Shown: positions 19,345-28,634, numbered from the stretch's first letter. The stretch is 32,000 nt of DNA from Psychrobacter cryohalolentis K5 (GCF_000013905.1 NC_007969.1:1800001-1832000); one strand, 5' to 3'. The notes: generated from the sequence alone by a model not told the origin. A program made the numbers and translations.

Positions 19345-20094
19345 ATGGCAGGCCATTCAAAATGGGCAAATATCAAACACCGTAAAGCCCGTCAGGATGC
19401 GGTAAAAGGTAAAGTATTTACCAAAATTATTCGTGAAATTGTTTCTGCTGCCAAGCAAGGTGATCCTGACCCTGATAAGAATCCGCGCCTACGTGCGGTT
19501 ATTGAAAAAGCCCTCTCCGTCAATATGACAAGAGACACCATCAATCGTGCGGTAGCTCGTGGTACAGGCGGTGATGACAATGACAATATGGACGAAGTCA
19601 GCTATGAAGGTTATGGCATCGGCGGCGTCGCAGTATTAGTCGAAACCATGACTGACAATCTCAATCGGACAGTCAGTGAAGTACGCCATGCTTTTACCAA
19701 AAATGATGGCAATCTGGGTACTACTGGCTCTGTGGCTTACCTATTCAATAAACGCGGTGAAATAAGCTTTAATGACACAAGTTTAGAAGATGAAGTTATG
19801 CTAGTGGCATTAGATGCAGGTGCGCTTGATATCGAAAATGATGGCGAAAGCTTGCTTGTCATCACTGAGTGGGAAAATTTCGGTCATGTTAAAGACGCGC
19901 TTAATGCTGCTGGTTTAGTCTCTGACAATGCTGAAGTAACTATGTCGCCATCAACCAGTGCTGAAATAGACAACGTTGCAGATGCCGAAAAAGTCATGAA
20001 GATGATTGATATGTTAGAAGATATTGATGATGTGCAAGAAGTTTATAGCAACGTCAATTTCTCAGACGAAGTCATGGCGCAACTTGAGCAGTAA
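19345..20094 (+). CDS. yebC: YebC/PmpR family DNA-binding regulator
   Basis: [27 protein letters not shown] is the invariant N-terminus of the family. Length is 249 aa. Confidence 0.95.
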
Positions 20095-20111
20095 TTTTTG
20101 TGCTTTGTATT

Positions 20112-20146
20112 AAAAAAGCCAAACGTTTTTAGCGTTTGGCTTTTTT
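20112..20146. terminator. Bidirectional rho-independent terminator between convergent yebC and ogt
   Basis: aaaaaagccaaacg-tttttag-cgtttggctttttt: an 8-bp stem flanked by A6 and T6 runs. Confidence 0.85.
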
Positions 20147-20186
20147 GTTCAACAATATGTGACATGTGACGAGCAATTACTTCAAA

Positions 20187-20759
20187 CTAAGCTTTGCACG
20201 TGACGCCTTCAAGCGCTAACAAATGCGTTTTCTTATCTAAGCCGCCTGTATAACCACCAAGTTTGCCGTCGCTTGCAATAACACGATGACACGGAACGAT
20301 AATACTAAAAGGGTTTTTACTATTGGCATTCGCAACCGCACGAAAGCCTTTGGGACTATCGACATTTTGTGCCAGCGTTGCATAGCTAATCGTCTCACCA
20401 TAAGCAATATCTTGTAGTGCTTGCCAAACTCGCTGCTGAAACTTAGTTCCTAAGCTTGCATCTAGTGGCAAATCGAACGCTTGACGCTCACCGTTAAAAT
20501 ACTCCGTTAATTGTGCTATAGCCTCTATTAATAATGCTTGAGTAGGTTCATTTTTGCTTAGGCTGTCTTTATCTATGAATGTGAAGCTTTGATCGTCAAT
20601 ACCATAATGCTTTTTAAGCTTGGGAATAGATTTTGAGCTGTGCCAAGAGTCACCTGCCAGCAGCCAATTGACCTCAACCAGCTTAGGACTGCTATGCTCA
20701 TTGACACTCGCAATTAATGTTAACTGATTAGATCCAAAAGCGGCTGTGGTGACTATCAT
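20187..20759 (-). CDS. ogt: Methylated-DNA-protein-cysteine methyltransferase
   Basis: Active site IIVPCHRVI, and the GYTGG and NPFSIIVP motifs. ATG at 20759 follows a perfect AAGGAG; the ORF-track TTG at 20774 contains that RBS. Confidence 0.9.
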   Translation of the reverse strand: MIVTTAAFGSNQLTLIASVNEHSSPKLVEVNWLLAGDSWHSSKSIPKLKKHYGIDDQSFTFIDKDSLSKNEPTQALLIEAIAQLTEYFNGERQAFDLPLDASLGTKFQQRVWQALQDIAYGETISYATLAQNVDSPKGFRAVANANSKNPFSIIVPCHRVIASDGKLGGYTGGLDKKTHLLALEGVTCKA

Positions 20760-20824
20760 AACTACTCCTTTCAAATCGTTGTATTTTCAAGACTTGAGTA
20801 TTGGCTAAAATAAACTGTTGAGCG

Positions 20825-22258
20825 CTATTCTTTGTCATCAGTTTCAAACAACGCGGCGACAAATTGTTTTGGACTAAAGGCACGCAGATCATCAATCGAC
20901 TCACCTACGCCAATATAACGAATAGGTACATCCGTCGTTTCGGCAATATTAAAGACCACACCGCCTTTTGCAGTTCCGTCTAGTTTTGTAATCGTGATTC
21001 CGGTTAATGGCACCACTTTATTAAATAATTCCACTTGATTAATGGCATTTTGACCCGTGCCAGCATCAAGCACAATCATACCTTCATGTGGCGCGCTTGG
21101 ATCCGCTTTGCGCATCACACGTACGACTTTTTCGAGCTCTGCCATTAGATGGGTTTTATTCTGTAAACGTCCAGCAGTATCGGCAATTAACACATCAATA
21201 TTTTTTGCTTTAGCAGATTGCATGGCATCAAAGATAACTGATGCACTATCAGAGCCATGACCTTGCGCCACAACTGGAATATGATTACGCTCACCCCAGA
21301 TTTGCAGCTGTTCAGTAGCAGCTGCGCGGAAAGTGTCCCCTGCTGCTAACATCACAGACTTACCCTCGCCTTGCAAACGTTTGGCAAGTTTACCGATAGT
21401 CGTCGTTTTACCTACGCCATTCACGCCTACGACCAAGATAACAAATGGTTTTTTGCTGCTATCAATAATAAGCGGCGCAACTTTTGGCGTTAAGATATCG
21501 ACCAATTCAGTCTGTAATGCCTTGTATAGTGAATGCGCGTAGATTAAATCACCGCGATCTGTCTGCTCAGTAAGGCTTTTGATAATACGATTGGTTGCAT
21601 TGACACCGATATCAGCCACCAACAGTTGGTCTTCAACCTCTTCTAATAGCTCATCATCAATCTCTTTGCCACCAATAAGGATACTGACCATCCCTTCGGC
21701 TAAGTTCTTACGCGACTTACTTAAACCGGTTTTCATCCGGTTAAACCAGCTGCCTTTTTTGCTGCTTTCTTGTTCCTCTTGCAACGCTTTATTTGCTTGC
21801 GACTCTACTGGAATCGTTTGCTGTGGCTCAGAGGACGCTTGATTACTACTACTATTAATGCTACTTGCATTGCTAGGCGTAACGCTTGGCAAATCGCCTA
21901 ATTGTGCTTGTAAGGGCATAGTGGGGATTTTTGACGCAGAAACAGCTGGTGTTGTATTCTCTGTATCATTGGTATTTGCAAAGCTCTCTGAGGTATTGTC
22001 TGTATGAATCTGCTTTTGCGTCATGAGGATAGGCGCGCCTAGGGCAATGCTCTCAGCTGCATCGGTGCTTGATACTTGCTTATTGACTGTAGGCGTTACT
22101 GGCTCATTGCTATTACTTACCCCATTTCTTTCAGGGGCATCGATAATAGGGACAGATTGCACTGGCAGACTGGGTAAGGTAATATCATCGTCATCTAATT
22201 CATCAAGTCCGCTGTCAAGATTAATGACCACACGATTGCTATTATTGGGGTTATTCAT
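20825..22258 (-). CDS. ftsY: Signal recognition particle receptor FtsY
   Basis: NG domain with GVNGVGKTTT (G1), DTAGR (G3) and TKLDGTAKGG (G4). The N-terminal ~170 aa form a low-complexity Ser/Asn/Thr/Gln-rich A-domain. Confidence 0.95.
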   Translation of the reverse strand: MNNPNNSNRVVINLDSGLDELDDDDITLPSLPVQSVPIIDAPERNGVSNSNEPVTPTVNKQVSSTDAAESIALGAPILMTQKQIHTDNTSESFANTNDTENTTPAVSASKIPTMPLQAQLGDLPSVTPSNASSINSSSNQASSEPQQTIPVESQANKALQEEQESSKKGSWFNRMKTGLSKSRKNLAEGMVSILIGGKEIDDELLEEVEDQLLVADIGVNATNRIIKSLTEQTDRGDLIYAHSLYKALQTELVDILTPKVAPLIIDSSKKPFVILVVGVNGVGKTTTIGKLAKRLQGEGKSVMLAAGDTFRAAATEQLQIWGERNHIPVVAQGHGSDSASVIFDAMQSAKAKNIDVLIADTAGRLQNKTHLMAELEKVVRVMRKADPSAPHEGMIVLDAGTGQNAINQVELFNKVVPLTGITITKLDGTAKGGVVFNIAETTDVPIRYIGVGESIDDLRAFSPKQFVAALFETDDKE

Positions 22259-22639
22259 AAGTTTGCCCTAAAGTTCATCAGTATGAGTAATATGTTTATG
22301 GTAAAACCGGATCTGTATATCGTTGTATTGTCCGTTTTCTATGATTCAATGCAGAGATTATTTTTAGTCTAGTTTAGCATAATTCAAGTTGAGCTCAGCC
22401 TTTCGCATCCTAGATTGCTTGTAAATGGCAAAAATCATCAAGTGATACAAAAGCACTATTAAACCTTTAGTGTGAAAAAGATGATAAATAAGATCGCTCA
22501 TTGAGCAAGTTTCGCTTAAGGTTTGGACACATAAATCTGACCTTTGCGATGGCAAACTTCGCCTACTCTTAGCAAAGCTAATTAAATACCTGTTTATACC
22601 CTTTATCTCCATGCTTCTTACTTATATTAGGAATGTCTT

Positions 22640-22792
22640 ATGTTGTCTTTATCCAATCATTATAAAAACATTACCCATATCACTGCTGCTTTATTACTGG
22701 CGACGATGGCACTATCAGCGACAGGTTGTAACACGACTCAAGAATTCAAGCCGACTGCCAGTGTCATGGTTGGGGCGCACAAATCTTTATGA
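22640..22792 (+). CDS. Candidate small lipoprotein (50 aa precursor, about 21 aa mature), not in the ORF track
   Basis: ATG at 22640 preceded by AGGA with 7-nt spacing. The product is MLSLSNHYKNITHITAALLLATMALSATGCNTTQEFKPTASVMVGAHKSL. It has a hydrophobic h-region followed by SATG-C, which satisfies the bacterial lipobox rule. The stop is TGA at 22790-22792. Confidence 0.45.
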   Translation: MLSLSNHYKNITHITAALLLATMALSATGCNTTQEFKPTASVMVGAHKSL

Positions 22793-22861
22793 TGGTATAA
22801 GTATCAGTACCATGATGAAAATAGATATATAGTCAATTCAATTTAAAAAGAACACAGTACT

Positions 22862-22929
22862 GCTGGGATAAATTTTGCGAAGCCTCTGGAGTGCGAAGCG
22901 CACAGCAAGCGAGAGAAATTTATACCAGC
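22862..22929. repeat. Imperfect 14-bp inverted repeat flanking a 40-nt relatively GC-rich core
   Basis: gctgggataaattt (22862-22875) against aaatttataccagc (22916-22929), with one mismatch. The core contains tgcgaagc twice in direct orientation. Confidence 0.5.
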
Positions 22930-23037
22930 ATAATGCTATTCTGAACGTAACTCTTTTACATTGAACTTACTATACGCTCTCATCCATTTATAAGCTGCCC
23001 GTTTAAAAGTCTCCCTTTTATATAAGTAGAACATATC

Positions 23038-24519
23038 ATGTCTGTCCCTTTATACCGAACCACATTTTCTCTACGTCTTGCATCTGCCTTAGCCATGGCG
23101 ACCACGCTTGCTGCTTGTCAAACCAGTGCCATTAACGCCAATCCTGTGACTGCGGTCAAGCATCCAGTGCCTGAAGACATAGTTACCAAGGACGCTCAGC
23201 CATCATCAGCGCTGACTATGGATATGTCTGGTCGCCATGAATATCAGCTGAAAAATGGTCTAAAAATAGTGGTAAAAGAAGACCACCGTGCGCCTGTGGT
23301 GATGACTCAGATTTGGTATCGGGTTGGCTCAGCTGATGAGCCGGTCAATAAAGGTGGTATCTCGCATGTGCTTGAGCATATGATGTTTAAAGGCACTAGT
23401 AACGTTTCAAGCGCTGATTATGAACGCTTAATTGCTAAGTTTGGTGGCGTCAATAATGCCTTTACTAGCTATGATTATACGGGTTATTACGAGCTGTTCC
23501 CTGCCAACCGTTTTCCTTTAGCACTTGAGCTTGAAGCAGATCGGATGAAAAACTTAGTATTTAATGAAAAAGAGTTTGTCAAAGAGCATCAAGTTGTCAT
23601 GGAGGAGCGTCGTCAGCGTACTGATGACAATCCACTTGCTAAAGCTTATGAATCATTTCGTTTGCTGGCATTGCCAAATAGCCCCAAAGGCGAGTCAGTC
23701 ATCGGACCTATGAATGAGCTTGAATCGATTACGCTCTCAGACTTAAAAGACTGGTATAAAACATGGTATGCACCAAATAATGCCACCTTGGTTATTGTTG
23801 GCGACGTTGAGCCCACTGAAGTCTTAACCCAAGTAAAGCGCTACTTTGGTGAGCTAAAACCGAGTAAGCTGCCAAAACGTCCTGAAGTGAGTCAAAAAGG
23901 CTTTCGCGGTTATCAGCAAGTAGAATCTGAGCAAGCAGTACAAGTGCCTGTATTGCTGATGGGTTATAACGTACCAAGCCTTGTGACAGCAGGCGCAAGT
24001 AACGAAAAACAAGCCTACGCGCTATCCCTTGCGCAAGACGTATTGGATGGCGGTTTATCAGCGCGCCTTGAGAGTCGATTGGTACGCGAGCAAGGGCTCC
24101 TGACCACGGTGGGTACGTCTTATGATCTATTAGATCGTGGCGACGGGCTATTTTTGATACAAGCGACTCCGCGTGAAGGCGTCAGCTTAGCGCAAGCGCA
24201 GCAAGCCATCATCTCTGAAATAGAAAAGCTTAAAACCGATCCAATTGCCACCGATGAAATTGAGCGCGCCAAAACCAATACGGTCACTGGTCTGGTATAC
24301 GCGCAAGACAGCATGGAAGGTCAAGCGCGTATAATTGGCTCACTACAATCTATCGGTCTCGATGATAGGTTACTTGCTCAGCTACCCACCAAAATGAATA
24401 CCGTAACGGTTGAAGACATACAAGCAGCTAGTAAAAAGTATTTGGTCAAAGACAATTTGACGGTCATGCATATTATCCCACCTAAAGAACCAGTCAAAAA
24501 GGTCGTTAAGAAAAAATAA
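23038..24519 (+). CDS. M16 (pitrilysin) family zinc peptidase, catalytically competent, lipoprotein
   Basis: Inverted zinc motif HVLEH at 23365-23379, and a signal peptide with lipobox LAAC (Cys27). Length is 493 aa. Confidence 0.9.
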   Translation: MSVPLYRTTFSLRLASALAMATTLAACQTSAINANPVTAVKHPVPEDIVTKDAQPSSALTMDMSGRHEYQLKNGLKIVVKEDHRAPVVMTQIWYRVGSADEPVNKGGISHVLEHMMFKGTSNVSSADYERLIAKFGGVNNAFTSYDYTGYYELFPANRFPLALELEADRMKNLVFNEKEFVKEHQVVMEERRQRTDDNPLAKAYESFRLLALPNSPKGESVIGPMNELESITLSDLKDWYKTWYAPNNATLVIVGDVEPTEVLTQVKRYFGELKPSKLPKRPEVSQKGFRGYQQVESEQAVQVPVLLMGYNVPSLVTAGASNEKQAYALSLAQDVLDGGLSARLESRLVREQGLLTTVGTSYDLLDRGDGLFLIQATPREGVSLAQAQQAIISEIEKLKTDPIATDEIERAKTNTVTGLVYAQDSMEGQARIIGSLQSIGLDDRLLAQLPTKMNTVTVEDIQAASKKYLVKDNLTVMHIIPPKEPVKKVVKKK

Positions 24520-24603
24520 GGTTAATGTAATATCAGATGATGTTATCAAATATCATGACCAAAACTGCCAACGACTAAAAACGCTATTAATAAGAAGAAA
24601 GCT

Positions 24604-26151
24604 ATGACTCAAAATACCATTTTAAAAGCCAAAAAGAATACTGCTCTGGTGTCATCAATAAAGCCGACATTTAAGCGACTACCCTATTTGAGTATGGGGT
24701 TATTTTTGGGGCTGACTACTTTGACCATGACCGCGCAGGCTGATGGCATTACTGGTGAGGATTATCGTACTCAGGCATCTGCAGTTGATGTCAATGCGCC
24801 TATTGCTGCTTTGTCTAAGTTGACTAGCCTTGATAATGCCAAGCCTTTAAAAGTCACCGTTCCAAAGATTCAACAGTTTAAGACCAAAGCGGGTGTGCCA
24901 GTACTTTTTGTACCGACGACGGCATTACCCATTGTCGACATCGATTTACGTTTTAATGCTGGTAGCGCGCGCGATGGCAGTATCAGTAGCACAGGTTTTG
25001 GTATCGCCAATATGACAGCGACCATGCTTGAACAAGGCTCAAAACGTTTAGATGAAAACGAATTTACTCGCGCGGTTGAAACCTTAGGCATCAATCTAGG
25101 CAGCAGTGCCTATAAAGATATATTTACGGTCTCATTACGCAGTTTATCTGACGATAAACATCTATTACCTGCCATCGATTTGATGACCCAAATGCTCATC
25201 GAACCAAGTTTTAATGAACAAATTTTAGCCCGCAATAAAGCCCGTTTATTGGTCGGCTTGCAGCAGCAAAAACAAGACCCAAACAGCCTTGCCAGCCTTG
25301 CTTTTGATAAAGCACTCTATGGCGGCCATCCTTATGCTCATCCTTCTGTTGGCACCCTTGAAACAGTACCTAATATCACAAGACAACAGCTGATAGATTT
25401 TAAAAATCGCTATCTGGTTGCCGCCAACGCTAGCCTTTCTATGACAGGTAATCTCACTTTAGCGCAAGCCAAAAAACTGGCAGAAAACATCACGGCGGGT
25501 TTACCTACTGGTCAAGCAGCGCCTATTCTGCCTGAACCAAAACCATTGACGAAGTCTCAGCATATTCATATTCCCTTTCCTAGCACTCAAACGACAGTAC
25601 TGATGGGGCAACTTGGTGATAAGCGTGCAACGGATCCGCAAGCGCAGCAAAAGCAAACCAGTTTTGCCGTTGGCAACGAGGTGCTCGCAGGGGGCGATTT
25701 TAATGCACGACTGATGACGGAAATCAGACAAAACCTTGGCTATACTTATGGTATTTCAGGCTCGATGAGTCCGATGCTGACACGTGGACCTTATCAGATA
25801 GGTTTTTCGACTCGCAATGACAAGGCTCGTGCTGCGATTGATGCTAGCTTAGACGTTATTAATAACACGTTAAAAAATGGCATTACTAGTACTGAGATGA
25901 AGCTGACCACGGACAATTTAAAAAACAGCTTCCCAATGGGTTTTGCCAGTAACGCTGGTATTAATGGTTTGCTTGGTATGATGAATTTTTATCAGCTATC
26001 AACAAGCTATCTTAGCAACTATGTCAATCGTATCGAACAAGTCAAATTAGCAGAGGTGAATCAGACCCTGCGTGATACCTTAAAGCCTGATGACTTCTTA
26101 ATTGTGACCGTTGGTGAGGTCAATCCTTGGGATAAGAAGGCGGCTAAATAG
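24604..26151 (+). CDS. M16 family peptidase paralogue lacking the zinc motif (probable non-catalytic partner)
   Basis: M16 fold-level similarity to the upstream gene, but the HxxEH position reads NMTAT (GIANMTATMLEQG). It has a Sec signal peptide ending TAQA-DG. Confidence 0.85.
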   Translation: MTQNTILKAKKNTALVSSIKPTFKRLPYLSMGLFLGLTTLTMTAQADGITGEDYRTQASAVDVNAPIAALSKLTSLDNAKPLKVTVPKIQQFKTKAGVPVLFVPTTALPIVDIDLRFNAGSARDGSISSTGFGIANMTATMLEQGSKRLDENEFTRAVETLGINLGSSAYKDIFTVSLRSLSDDKHLLPAIDLMTQMLIEPSFNEQILARNKARLLVGLQQQKQDPNSLASLAFDKALYGGHPYAHPSVGTLETVPNITRQQLIDFKNRYLVAANASLSMTGNLTLAQAKKLAENITAGLPTGQAAPILPEPKPLTKSQHIHIPFPSTQTTVLMGQLGDKRATDPQAQQKQTSFAVGNEVLAGGDFNARLMTEIRQNLGYTYGISGSMSPMLTRGPYQIGFSTRNDKARAAIDASLDVINNTLKNGITSTEMKLTTDNLKNSFPMGFASNAGINGLLGMMNFYQLSTSYLSNYVNRIEQVKLAEVNQTLRDTLKPDDFLIVTVGEVNPWDKKAAK

Positions 26152-26175
26152 TTAATTTATCTTTCATAGTGCTAT

Positions 26176-26217
26176 AAAAAAGCTCAGCCCATTATATATA
26201 CGGGCTGAGCTTTTTTT
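26176..26217. terminator. Bidirectional rho-independent terminator
   Basis: aaaaa-agctcagccc-attatatatac-gggctgagct-tttttt: a 10-bp stem. Confidence 0.85.
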
Positions 26218-26234
26218 CTATCTTAGAATTATCG

Positions 26235-27176
26235 TCAGTAGCGGCAGGCAGAGCTGCTACTGGCATGATTAAAGCCCCATTTACGATAACCATCGGTATC
26301 TAAATGTATAGCACCTGTAGAATACAACCCTAGACCAAAATTGTGCGACTGACCCTGATATTGCCAAAACTCACATAAGCTGTCTTGCATTCGGCTCAGC
26401 TGCCATGGACTACTTTCATAATCTGGCACCCAAATATCAATCGCGCCAGCTGTCATATGCTTACTACTACTAGCTCCGCCTGCACAGTCATTTAATCCAG
26501 GACTACGATATACCGAGCGTATCTCACTGTTTGCTGGCAGTATCCCTTGGCTTTTCAGCTGACTATATAGCTGCAATGTCGGTACAATGTTTGACCACAG
26601 CTCCTGAGGAGGCAGTTGATACGGCTCATAGCCACATTTGTCCCAACTGCGAGCGGTGGTCAGTAGCTGTGACAAAGGCGGTACGTTTCGAGCGCCGACA
26701 CGCGCGCTTAAATAGCGCTGATAGTTTGCTACTTGGCTTGCGCGATAGCTATTACTATTGAGCCAAGTATTAAAATCCATGCTGATAAAATCATTGTAAT
26801 TGTTATTACCCGTGCTATAGGTGGTGTTATAACGCGGCGTACTTCTATTGGTAATGACACGTTTATTCTCTTCTATTGATAAGCTGGCATCAAATTCAAA
26901 CTCACGCTGCTTTTGCTGAATCAGTCCTTGCATACTATCGCCGCCCGACCCACTTAAGATAGTGACCCCTGCATTATAAGGCGGTCTTTGTGCAGATGGC
27001 GTGATATAGGTATTGGCATTGCTGTTGTTCACACTGCTACCCTGACGTACTTGGATACGGCGCTCACTATTATCACTAATAATAGCGGCATGGGCACTCA
27101 TAATGCTGGCACAAATACAGAGTGCAATAATAGGCTTGTGGATTTGCCTGTAAACTTGTTTTGTTATTTCGATCAT
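26235..27176 (-). CDS. Secreted peptidase M15-type (D-Ala-D-Ala carboxypeptidase / MepK-like metallohydrolase fold) with an unassigned ~200-aa N-terminal region
   Basis: The C-terminal VYRSPGLNDCAGGASSSKHMTAGAIDIWV ... GLGLYSTGAIHLDTDG matches the H-x6-D ... H zinc-ligand pattern of the peptidase M15 family. There is an N-terminal signal-like helix. ATG at 27176 is preferred over the GTG at 27188. Confidence 0.65.
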   Translation of the reverse strand: MIEITKQVYRQIHKPIIALCICASIMSAHAAIISDNSERRIQVRQGSSVNNSNANTYITPSAQRPPYNAGVTILSGSGGDSMQGLIQQKQREFEFDASLSIEENKRVITNRSTPRYNTTYSTGNNNYNDFISMDFNTWLNSNSYRASQVANYQRYLSARVGARNVPPLSQLLTTARSWDKCGYEPYQLPPQELWSNIVPTLQLYSQLKSQGILPANSEIRSVYRSPGLNDCAGGASSSKHMTAGAIDIWVPDYESSPWQLSRMQDSLCEFWQYQGQSHNFGLGLYSTGAIHLDTDGYRKWGFNHASSSSACRY

Positions 27177-27434
27177 TGCAACAAACACCGCTAAAAACGT
27201 TTTATCGATACTATCAAATTTTAAGCAAGCAAGCTAAACTATCGTCACCAATTGGCAGCGACTTATTCGTTATTAACACTTATCCTCATTATTTTTATAT
27301 TGACGTTACTTTATTACCGACAAGTTACTTTTTTTATCATCTAATCGGTTAAATGCCCTATAATTATCGATTTTCTTAAGTCTTCTGCTAAATATAGCCC
27401 TTCTTCCACGCCAACTGCCAGTCACACTTTGCCT

Positions 27435-28577
27435 ATGTCTTCTAACCCGCAATATCGTTTTTCCCGACAGAGCCACCATTTCGGTCAAGGTCAGACACCG
27501 ACCTTTTGGCAACGTAGTCATATTGACCCTTGGTTGACCCTTTTATTATTGACCGTTTGTTGTATTGGGCTAACGATTTTATATAGTGCAGCCGCTCAAG
27601 ATACGAGTATGGTGCTACGACAAATGGTCAGCTATGGTGTCGCTTTTACCGTTATGTTTATCATGGCGCAGATACCACCGAGCCTTTATCGTACTTTTAC
27701 GCCCATCTTTTATGTATTAGGTCTGATACTATTGGTGTTGGTTGATATTATCGGTGAAGTACGTATGGGGGCGCAGCGCTGGATTAATCTACCAGGATTT
27801 GGTAGTGTGCAGCCCTCAGAGTTTATGAAGCTTGGCATGCCTATGATGTGTGCGTGGTTTTTGTCTAAGCGTGATCTGCCCCCTTCACTACCCAGTATCG
27901 GCATTACCTTGGCGTTAATTGTGGTGCCAGTCTTATTAATCGCTAAAGAGCCAGATCTTGGCACTTCATTATTAGTCGCTGCTAGCGGTATCTTTGTGCT
28001 GTTTTTGGCAGGGCTATCGTGGCAACTGATAGCTGGTGCGGTTGCTTTGTCGATCCCGCTTGTTGCCTTTGCTTGGAATTTTTTGTTACACGACTATCAG
28101 CGTACCCGTGTACTCACACTATTCAATCCTGAGGCAGATGTGCAAGGTGCTGGCTGGAATATCATTCAGTCCAAAACTGCTATCGGCTCCGGCGGTCTAA
28201 CGGGTAAAGGCTATTTAGAGGGTACGCAGTCGCATTTGCATTTCTTACCAGAAGGTCATACCGACTTTATTATCGCGGCTTTCTCTGAAGAGTTTGGCTT
28301 GCTTGGCGTCATACTATTGATGTTTATTTATGCATGCTTATTGACCCGCGCCTTATATATCGCCTTTTCTCATCCTGATACTTATAGCCGACTATTAGCA
28401 GGCGCGATTGCGATGTCATTTTTTGTGTATGTCTTTGTCAATGTTGGTATGGTCGGCGGTATTTTACCTGTCGTTGGCGTACCTCTGCCTTTTATCAGTT
28501 ATGGTGGTACTGCCATTGTTACTTTAATGGCAGGTTTTGGTTTACTGATGTCCATTCATACGCACAAGTCAGACTAA
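27435..28577 (+). CDS. rodA: Peptidoglycan glycosyltransferase RodA (SEDS family)
   Basis: SEDS motifs QPSEFMKL, EPDLGT, HTDFIIAAFSEEFG and LPFISYGGT. ATG at 27435 is preferred over the TTG at 27429. Confidence 0.93.
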   Translation: MSSNPQYRFSRQSHHFGQGQTPTFWQRSHIDPWLTLLLLTVCCIGLTILYSAAAQDTSMVLRQMVSYGVAFTVMFIMAQIPPSLYRTFTPIFYVLGLILLVLVDIIGEVRMGAQRWINLPGFGSVQPSEFMKLGMPMMCAWFLSKRDLPPSLPSIGITLALIVVPVLLIAKEPDLGTSLLVAASGIFVLFLAGLSWQLIAGAVALSIPLVAFAWNFLLHDYQRTRVLTLFNPEADVQGAGWNIIQSKTAIGSGGLTGKGYLEGTQSHLHFLPEGHTDFIIAAFSEEFGLLGVILLMFIYACLLTRALYIAFSHPDTYSRLLAGAIAMSFFVYVFVNVGMVGGILPVVGVPLPFISYGGTAIVTLMAGFGLLMSIHTHKSD

Positions 28578-28597
28578 GTATCTCTGTTTTTATATCT

Positions 28598-28634
28598 AAA
28601 GAGACAATATTTTAATAATACGGTCTCTTTTTTT
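28598..28634 (+). terminator. Possible rodA terminator (weak)
   Basis: aaagagac ... gtctcttt: an 8-bp AT-rich stem with a 17-nt loop, followed by a T-run. Confidence 0.4.

Noticed and set aside
21057-22271. Four plus-strand ORFs of 67-87 aa
   Set aside because: All are antisense to ftsY. Their Ser/Leu-rich translations are typical of the reverse strand of the low-complexity A-domain and NG domain.
22364-22832. ORF-track entries 22364-22612 (-) 82 aa and 22611-22832 (+) 73 aa
   Set aside because: Their products have no motifs, an odd composition (Tyr/Leu/Ile/Arg-rich), no RBS, and arise in AT-rich DNA. The plus-strand one overlaps, in another frame, the better-supported 50-codon lipoprotein ORF.
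27306-27521. 71-aa minus-strand ORF
   Set aside because: It overlaps the rodA 5' end and promoter region in antisense. The product is Arg-rich with no motifs and no RBS.
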